Assembly (NCBI GenBank): GCA_965113315.1
Contig: OZ220365.1
Length of the DNA stretch: 64,000 nt
Origin: Podarcis vaucheri
Lineage: Eukaryota
Direction: 5' to 3' (one strand)
The notes beneath the pieces were generated by a model, which had not been told where the DNA came from, made no database searches, and saw only the letters and a list, made by a program, of their open reading frames with translations. Every line of letters begins with the position of its first letter. Position 1 is the first letter of the stretch. Made by a program: the position numbers and the translations under genes. This document shows, piece after piece, positions 1-9,500 of the stretch.

Positions 1-540
1 AACGGTAAAATAAAACCGAAAGAAGGAATGGTCATTAATTTCCTCGGGGTCTTCCGAAACCCTCTCAGGAGGCCAACGGTAGCTTCGCCTCCGCTAGCGC
101 CGGGGGCTGATGGGGCGGGCGCGCGTGTGAGGCGGAACCGGCTTCCCTGCGCTTAACGGGCGCGCAGAGAACGGGCGGCCTTTGGCCAAGGCAGCGAACG
201 TTGAGCTGCCCCACAGGCGTCACTTTCCTGAGCCTTTAGAGAGGGGAAGGGATCTATCGGGAGGATCAAACTGAGAGCCACTTGTTCAAGTCTTTTTTCC
301 TCTCGCCACGCCTCGAGTCCCGCGTTCGTGAAATATTTCGCTTTTTCCATGTGCGATGGAGCCGCTCCTTTTCCGTCAGCCTCCGTAAGAATTGGCGGCT
401 CAGTGACTGGGGGTGGGGGTGGGGGGTGGCGCAGCTCGCTTCCTTATATGGCAGGGCTCGCTTCCGAAGCGTGTCTCTTTGGTTGGCCACATTGCTAAGC
501 CCGATTTGGATGCATTGAGGATTTATGAGAAACCATGCCA
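1..540 (+). promoter_or_regulatory. CpG-rich 5' region of TCP1 intron 1 with GC boxes, reverse CCAAT and a perfect CArG box
   Basis: High CpG density; GGGGCGGG near 112-119; ATTGG at 391-395; CCTTATATGG at 442-451. Confidence 0.6.
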
Positions 541-3500
541 TGATATCGGCAGCCCACTCCTATTCTGGTAGGAAATGTAACCGATTGAAAAAAAATATGT
601 TTCAGGAATTTCAAAGCAGAACCACAAAAAGAATAATTTTAATGATGTTAATTTGCAATTAAAACATTAAATTGGGATGTAATTTTCAATTTCACATGGC
701 GCCATGGGTTAAAAGTTCTGTCAGAGTATAATGCTTAACTTGTGATCAGTTGACCTAATTCCATTAGTTCAAAATAATGCCATTTAAAATCTGTACTAGT
801 GTTATCTTGCACAATAACATTGAAACTACATTTTCTTTTAAGAAGTGCTATGATCATAAACTGCTGAATAGGTTATTATTTTAAAAATCACTGGTGACTA
901 TAGTGAATATAGATTTGTTTTAAGCTAAAGGTTAGCTGTGTTTTTCTCATTTTACATGAAATCCCAAGTAGTGGTAGATGATGTAACAAGTAGAGGGGAA
1001 CTTAAAAATCCTGATTAGCATTGTCTTTCCCCTTCCCCATTGAGATCTTGCATAGATATGTTTATGCTGGCATTTGGTTTTATCTGTGGTGAGAGGTTGT
1101 ATTTTAATCTTTCATACAAGTTCTATTGCTTTTAAAAACATGTTTGAGCCTTATTGTGCATATTTGTAACATTATAAACTGCATTTAATTTATTGAATTA
1201 AAATATATAGCTATTCCCCCAAGCTCAGGTACAAGTTTATTTAGAATCTGCTCGGATAGGAGTTGGACCCTTCCCATTCTACTGCCACTTATTTGCATTA
1301 CCAAATAAGAGGTTATGCTTATGGGATAAAGAAAATGCTGCCATAGTCTGAAGGAGAAGAATGAACACTGTCTTCCTCCTATATTAAATGGCAGAACATA
1401 GTACAGTATTAAGAAGAAGAAGAAGAGTTTGGGTTTGATATCCCGCCTTTCACTCCCTTTAAGGAGTCTCAAAGCGGCTAACATTCTCCTTTCCCTTCCT
1501 CCCCCACAACAAACACTCTGTGAGGTGAGTGGGGCTGAGAGACTTCAGAGAAGTGTGACTGGCCCAAGGTCACCCAGCAGCTGCAGGTGGAGGAGCGGAG
1601 ACGCGAACCCGGTTCCCCAGATTACGAGACTACTGCTCTTAACCACTACACCACACTGGCTCTCTCATTACAATGTCATTACAATGACAGTGAATGTACT
1701 TCATTGCTTTTGGGCTGGTTCAGCTGTGCACATGAACCTGAGAACATTTAGACACACTGTGCATGGAACTGTTATACTGGATCTGGGCTTAAACTAGAAA
1801 ATGCCTATTACAAACTGCTTGTGTGGTCCATTCCTTGTGAAAAACTGGATGGATTGTGTGAACAGAGCCTACTTGTGGAGGCTCAGATTCATCTTAGAGG
1901 TTCTCTGCAAAACACTTGTTCCCCCATTCAAACCATGTACAAATAACATTGAGGTACAGTATTACTATAGTTAAATACTAAACAAAGTGGTAAGTTTGGT
2001 TTTCTTAACCAGAATTAACTACTTTTCTAAAAGGATTTGATTTAAATAAGTGTATATATGGCAGCATCTGTATCACATAACCTATTGTTTTAAGAAAAAC
2101 ACTTGGCACTGTTTGAGAGGAAAATGTATCTGGTTTTTTTTGAACAGTTATGGCTGCTGCTTCCATTGCCAATATTGTGAAGAGTTCTCTTGGCCCAGTT
2201 GGTTTGGATAAAATGCTGGTGGATGACATTGGTGTAAGTAGACACTATTTTCTATGAGTAAATTTTAAGAGAAAAGTGCACTGTGTAACCAAGATACGTC
2301 TTTCAGTAAGTCTATAAAATTATCCTGAATTAAACGTGTTTTTTAAAGTGTTAAAAATTGCATCTGGACCATTTTCACACACTTAATACCCCATTCTGTA
2401 GAATTCTATCAGTTATATTTTATCTGCACAATCAGAATTAATTTCAGGAACCAAAGTGCTTTTTCTGTGCAGCTTGAGCAGTAGCAGTGAACAACATCAT
2501 GGTTAATTGTTGTAGCTTGTCTTCACTTCCCCCACCCCACTGCCCTGCTCTCAGTTGTGAAAAAATATTCTTATGTTATGAATGGTCATTACTGTACTCA
2601 AATAATTTCCATAACTTGTTGGTCACAAGGGTTTGGCTTAAAACAGAATTGGGTAAATATACATGCTAATTCAGTTATCCATTCTCAGCAGCCTTGCAAA
2701 ATATGGGCAAAATGTCCCTTTAATGGGCAATTAATTAAGACTTGTGGGACTTTGGCTCACCGTAGTGAGAGTAAAAAGCAACCAGTCTCCATCCTCACTT
2801 TGAAGCTGAAAGGGGTGGGTGGTGATTTTCCCAACAGCTTCATAGTTATCCCTGTCCTCTTCTCAGCTCCAACACTGAAAGGAAAGCTGGAGGTTATTTG
2901 GTAGCTGTATGACCAGAGTGTGCAGGACCAAACCAGTAAGCTCACCAACTGTTCCTTCTTTGAAGCAGAAAAATGAGGTGGGGTCTTGCTTGGTTGCTGC
3001 TTGGTAAAAGCTGCAGCAAAAAACAGACTGCTCAGTGCTGATACTGTATGTTGAGGGTCAGCCAAAGGTGACGTGCTCCCAGCCTGTCCTTACCTCAGGA
3101 AAATCGGGGGGGGGGGGCTTCCTTGGCTGATGTTGGGCAGAGGAACTTGACATTTTCTGACAGCTAGAAATGTTAGTCCAAAACTAGGGACCCCTGAGCA
3201 AATCCCTAGCGATCCTTAAGCAGTTCTTTATGATTGTTTGCATAATGTTTCCTATTATATTTCATAATTATGATTAATGTTAAGTAACAATCATTTATTT
3301 ATTTATTTGTGTGTCTGGAATGTTAGGATGTGACCATTACGAATGATGGTGCAACTATTCTGAAATTGCTGGAGGTAGAGCATCCTGCGGCAAAAGTTCT
3401 GTGTGAACTGGCAGAGCTACAAGACAAAGAAGTTGGAGATGGGACCACCTCTGTGGTATGTGTATGTTTGTAGATTCATGCGCACTGGAAAAAGGCTGGG

Positions 3501-6500
3501 AGCACAGTACTGTTCTGTGCTATCCCACTCAGGTCTGCTTTGAAATCTAAGCAGCATATATATGATTTATTTTAGATACATAATAAACCTGCTGTATTGA
3601 TGTTTTAAAAATATTGCAACCGCTTAATGTTAGGCTTGCTATGTCTATATTCCTTAGCCTATTTTATAAAAGCCTGTTTCACATAAAGGATTATTCATTT
3701 ATTGTTGTTGAAACGAAGTATGTTCAATCAACCTGCCAAGCCAAAATACCATAATTAACACAGACTTGACAAACAGTTTAAAAATTACATACTCCAGCTT
3801 AATTTGTTTGAATCAGAACCGTAATAATTTATTATTTATACTCTGGGTTTCCCCAGCCACTCTAGGCGGCTCCCAACAGAAAATTAAAAACATGCTAAAA
3901 CAGGGGTAGGCAACCTAAGGCCCGGGGGCTGGATGCGGCCCAATCGCCTTCTCAGTCCGGTCCACAGATGGTCCGGGAATCAGCTTGTTTTTACATGAGT
4001 AGAATGTGTGCTTTTATTTAAAATGCATCTCTGGGTTATTTGTGGGGCATAGGAATTCGTTCATTTATTTTTTTCAAAATATAGTCCAGCCCACCACATG
4101 GTCTGAGGGATGGTGGACAAGCCCATGGCTGAAAAAGGTTGCTGACCCCTGTGCTAAAGCATCAAATATTAAAAACTTCCCTAAACAGGGTTGCCTGCAG
4201 ATGTCTTCTAAAAGTCAGATAGTTGTTTATTGCCTTGACATCTGATGGGAGGGTGTTCCACAGGGCAGGTGCCACTACTGAGAAGGCCCTCTGTCTGGTT
4301 CCCTGTAACCTCACTTTTTGCAGTGAGGGAACTGCCAGAAGACCCTCGGAGCTGGACGTCAGTGGTGCTGAACGATGGGGGTGGAGACGCTCCTCTAAAA
4401 GATCTTGGGTTGTATCTAATGTTGCACTAGCAAGGTTCCACTGGTGCAGTAACACTTGGGTTTCCTTTCTTCCTCCCCTCTTGCGCCTCTGGCATCTATT
4501 CTGGAAGGTCCTCCAATCCTCTAGAGTTGATTTTGAGGGCACACAGCCGGCTAGAGTGATACAAGAGGAAGACCAGTTGCGCACACAGACAACCCTAGTG
4601 CCAGAGGAGCTGCAGCATTAGATATGGCCCTTTCTCCCATGAATTATCTTTAAACAGGTTATGCTCCTGAACCCACTTACAAGGCTACTTGTGTTTACTG
4701 TTACAGCTGGAGGGAAAGTCTTCCCATTTGACTACCACTTATTTGCATTGCAAAATAAGTGGCTATGCTTATGGGATAAATAAATGACTGCCAAAGGTCT
4801 GAAGGAGAATATTGACAATGTATTCATCCTATATGAAATGGCAGTACATACTCTTAATTAATAATTTTGGGCATGCTTATAGTTTGGATTTAAAGAAAAC
4901 ACACCTGTTACACTTTACTGTCAGAAGTATTATTCTTTCTTGCAAGTTCATGTAAGGGGGTGGTGCAATTAAAAGATGGAGTAGCTTGAGGCAGAAGAAT
5001 AAAGTTTTTGGGACTGCATTGGCTATTCTGAATGACAGACCGGCATTTCTGTACTCTGAAAGATGCTTATTCGTTTTTTCTTCATCCTCGTGCACACAGT
5101 GATTATACAAAGAACTCAGTAACTTCTCACATTAACATGAGAACAAACCTTAGTTTTTATCTGCCTGCTTTGGCAGTAGCCAGAAGTAACCACCTACGAG
5201 GAAACAAAATGGGGCCATCATTTCTCCATCTCCCAGCAAGCAAAAGTAGCAACTTCCTTTTTGGAAGATTTGCCTGGGAAAGCACTGCAGTTGTTAAAGT
5301 GTGCCCCAGCAACAGAACCAACAAATACAATTCTTAGACCATATTTGGATTCCATTTCTGTAGCCAGGTCAGTCTCTTTAAATGCCTTTGGGACAACCCG
5401 TGTTCCACTTCTGACTTCATTGGTTCTTACTGATAGGGTGTTAGAACTGTGTCAAAATCGGAGGGGAAGCAAATGAATAATGATGCTGTTGTGCATTAAG
5501 AGCCTTCTGTTTCTTCACCCAGTTTCTGGTCCTTCTTGCCACAAGACAACAGGCATATACTGAGCTATGTTTATCCTTGCATCATAATCTACAGGCTTTT
5601 CTTTTTCTTTCTAACTTCTCTACCGTGTCACTTCCACCTAGCCAGGGCTGGTTGGGGGTCAGGTTTTTGGACACGTACATGTGGTTCTTAAGGAGCAGAC
5701 ATCTGATAGGATATGTGTCCCTTACACAGACACTAGGTATTCTCAAGTGCTTATCTTTTGAAGAGGACATTGCAGCCATGGACCTTGGGTGAGAACTAAG
5801 CTCCCAGGCTATGAGAGGAAGTGGGCCCCATACAGCAAAAGCTGCTGCTGTTTGCAATGGTGGACAGGATAAGCTAGGGCAACTGTGCCAGCCCAGCGCC
5901 AAATCCTCTTAAGCTGTGGAATCCTGGAAAAAGTAGAAAGGATGTGAAATTTAATTTAATGGTCCCTCCAGGGCCAGCAAGAAGTGTGACCTGCAAATGA
6001 TACCTTCTATCTGCTAAAGAGAATGAACTTATCACATTAAGACCGTCATTCTTTTTTCATTAAGCTTATGCCTTGACTATGCTGTAATTTTTTCACTGAA
6101 CTTATCACATTAAGACCGTCATTCTTTTTTCATTAAGCTTATGCCTTGACTATGCTGTAATTTTTTCACAGAATAGCTTGCATATTGTTAAATCATGTCT
6201 CTGTTATGTCTAACAGGTGATCATTGCTGCAGAACTTTTGAAAAATGCAGATGAGTTGGTTAAACAGAAAATTCATCCCACTTCTGTCATTAGTGGATAT
6301 CGTCTCGCTTGCAAGTAAGAAAACTGTTCAGTGGTGAAATCTACTGCTGAGCAATTTCAACCTTCCCTGTTAAAGTTTTATTGAATCTTAAGATTTTTAG
6401 TTTAGGGCAGTGTGTTATTGTGCCTCAGTTGACAGCACATTTAACGGCCCCAGCCATCATACGAAAGGTGGGTGGCAAGTAGGGAAAGAGCACTGGTGTT

Positions 6501-9500
6501 AAGCTGCATGTGTGTACCCAGGACTGATTCAAATGTCCTCTTCATTTCACAAGCCTGCAGGACCACATTTTTGTCTTTAACCACTGTCGGAGCAGCAAGT
6601 ATGGTAGAGGTTGTTGCACCCACAGAAGGAGATTTGAGATAATCAGCCTCCTTCTGCAGGTGTAGGAGATCCATTCTGTCTATGACCCTCACACACCCTC
6701 TAAGCCACCATAGGATGGCAGTCCTAAGTTGCTGTGATTAAGCTCATTGATCCAGGTTGTGTTTTATTCTTTGCTGGGTTCAGCTTGGTTGTTTTATATG
6801 TTGCATAGTATTTTAAAACTCTTTCATAAGCTATCCTTGGAAGGATGGCTGGCCATTGAAGGAAATAACTCATTTTCAGCCTTTATTCCATTTTCAAACA
6901 GATGAAATTACTGATAATGTTACAATTTCTGTAAGTAGCCAAAGCATTGAGAGTATTAAAATTAAATCATAACTACCTTGTAAAAAATGTGCTTTTATTC
7001 AACAGGGAGGCAGTTCGATACATCAATGAGAACCTTGTTATTAACTCAGATGAGCTGGGCAGGGACTGCCTTATTAATGCAGCTAAAACATCAATGTCCT
7101 CCAAAATCATTGGAATGTATCCTTTCAGTTTGTGGAAGCAAAGTATTGAGTGCTACCTTTAAGAGAAAAATAGCAATTTTTCTTAGATATGTGGTGGGGG
7201 AGGTATAAAGGCATGGTCTAATCCTGAAATCATTGGCATTCCTTTAAGAATGTCTTTCCAGAGAACTTGCATCTGTATAATGACATTAGTCTTCACTGCT
7301 ATGAAACCCTCTTGAATATTTATAATGTCTTTTTAATGTGAGATGTGCAGTAAATTTAACAGATGCTCAACTGCTCCTATTCTCCTTAACAGTTCTCTTA
7401 TAGTGACAGTGACTTCTTTGCCAACATGGTAGTGGATGCTGCACTTGCAGTAAAATACACAGATTCAAAAGGGCAAGCACACTATCCCATCAACTCCATT
7501 AATGTTTTGAAGGCACATGGTCGCAGTCAGAAAGAGAGCATTCTTGTAAATGGCTATGCGTTGAACTGTGTTGTGGGCTCCCAAAGTAAGGTCACATTCT
7601 TATTAACAAAGCAATAGAGTTTTGTGTTAGTAGCAAAGACACACATGCACTTTCTTTTTTTGAGGAATCCTAAAGTATTAGTAGATGGCATAAAATATAG
7701 TTAACACTTCCGTTTAACATGAAAGTATGATACTAAATAAACTGTAGGAGACATTTGGTCCTCTTCTGTCTCGGGCTGCAATTCTGCACCCTCATACCTG
7801 GTAGTAAGCCCTCTGAATTTAATGGGACTCACTTTTAAGTAGATGTCTGAAGATTTGTGGTGTAAAAGTGTATCAACCAATAATGCATGATTTGAATGGA
7901 TAGACACTGATTTAGCCTAGAGGGTTTATGAACAGAGTGGGTTTCAAGAAAATGAGTCTTTGGTGAATAACTTTGCTACAAGAATTACTAATAGCACATT
8001 GTAAAGAATATTCCTAACTTGATTTTTAAAAATAAATTTGAAATACTGTATTTTAATAAACAACCTAGGGGGTGTGGTATGTTTTTTCTCCTTTTTAAAG
8101 GTATGCCCAAGAGAATAGTAAATGCAAAGATTGCATGTCTTGACTTCAGCTTACAGAAGACTAAAATGAAGCTTGGTGTTCAGGTCGTAGTCACAGATCC
8201 TGAAAAACTGGACCAGATTAGGCAGAGGTATGCTGTGGGGGGACACTTGGAACTAAAATGATAGTGTGTATATATAGGTTTCAGGCTTGTCTTAGATAGT
8301 GAAACATGTTTAAAAAGAACCAGGGGCAAACACGGAATCTTTTAATTAAGTATTGGTGTGTGAATCTAAGTTCATGGCTAATTTGAAATCAATTAAATCA
8401 GTTTACCTTCCCACAAGTTTGCCTCCTTATCTACCTGAATAAGGAGCTCCATAATCTTTGTAATTGTGTGCCATAACTGAAAGCAGTAGAGCTGCCTTCT
8501 CCAACCTAGTGCCTTCCAGATGTTTCGACTACAGCTTTTATTATCTGACCAGTGCTCAGGCATGGAAGATTTAGTGCCAGTAATACCTTGGCGGGCACCT
8601 TATAAAGAAAGGCTGCAGTAGGGCTACATCTGATGGAGCTCCATCTTTTTGTGGGGTCTAGCAACCTTTGCATCATAGAATGGTAGAGTTGGGAAGGACC
8701 ACAACGGTCATCTAGTCCAACCCCCTGCAATGTAGGAATATTTTTGTCTCATATGGGGCTTAAACCGATAATCCTGAGAGCATAGGAGTTAGCTTTACTA
8801 ACTCATCTATCTCACAGGCTTATGCTTCTGTCTATTGCTAGACAGCTGGGTTTGGATGGAAAAGTTGTATACTTTATTAATTTACCAGTCTCTGATAGTT
8901 GTGATGCATGTTCTGGTAACCTTCAAATGGGGCAATTGTATAGCATGTAGAGCTGCCTTTGAAGATGGTTTGGAAACTACAGTTAATCTGAGATATATCT
9001 GCAAAGATTTTATATGGGACCGGGCATTATGATTACATGTCAATTGCACAGGCATCCAACTCATTTCAAAATGCTACTTTTGATCTTTAAAGATCTTTAG
9101 CAGAGGCCCTGTATGCGTGTCTGGAAAGCATTTTATATGAAATGGATATTAATATAATTGGGAAGATAGATCACACATTAAGTCACAGCTAGTTTTATGG
9201 AGCATTTTATCTTTTCGACCACTAATTTCATATTTGAGTTTGTTTCTGTTTAACTAATGCATGCCTACTCTCTCATGCAGAGAGGCTGACATCACTAAAG
9301 AGAAAATTCATAAGATCTTGGCCACAGGCGCAAATGTCGTTTTGACTACTGGTGGAATTGATGATATGTGTCTGAAATACTTTGCGGATGCTGGTGCCAT
9401 GGGAGTACGCAGAGTTCTAAAAAGAGATCTTAAACGCATCGCTAAGGCTTCTGGAGGTAACTACAGACATCTCAGCATTAAATCTTAATACCACAGCTTG

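Noticed and set aside
320-340. Possible heat-shock element in TCP1 intron 1 (TTCgtGAAataTTTC)
   Set aside because: Only two correctly spaced nGAAn units.
6315-7005. SNORA29 orthologue expected in TCP1 intron 4
   Set aside because: No convincing hairpin-H-hairpin-ACA structure or similarity seen by eye.
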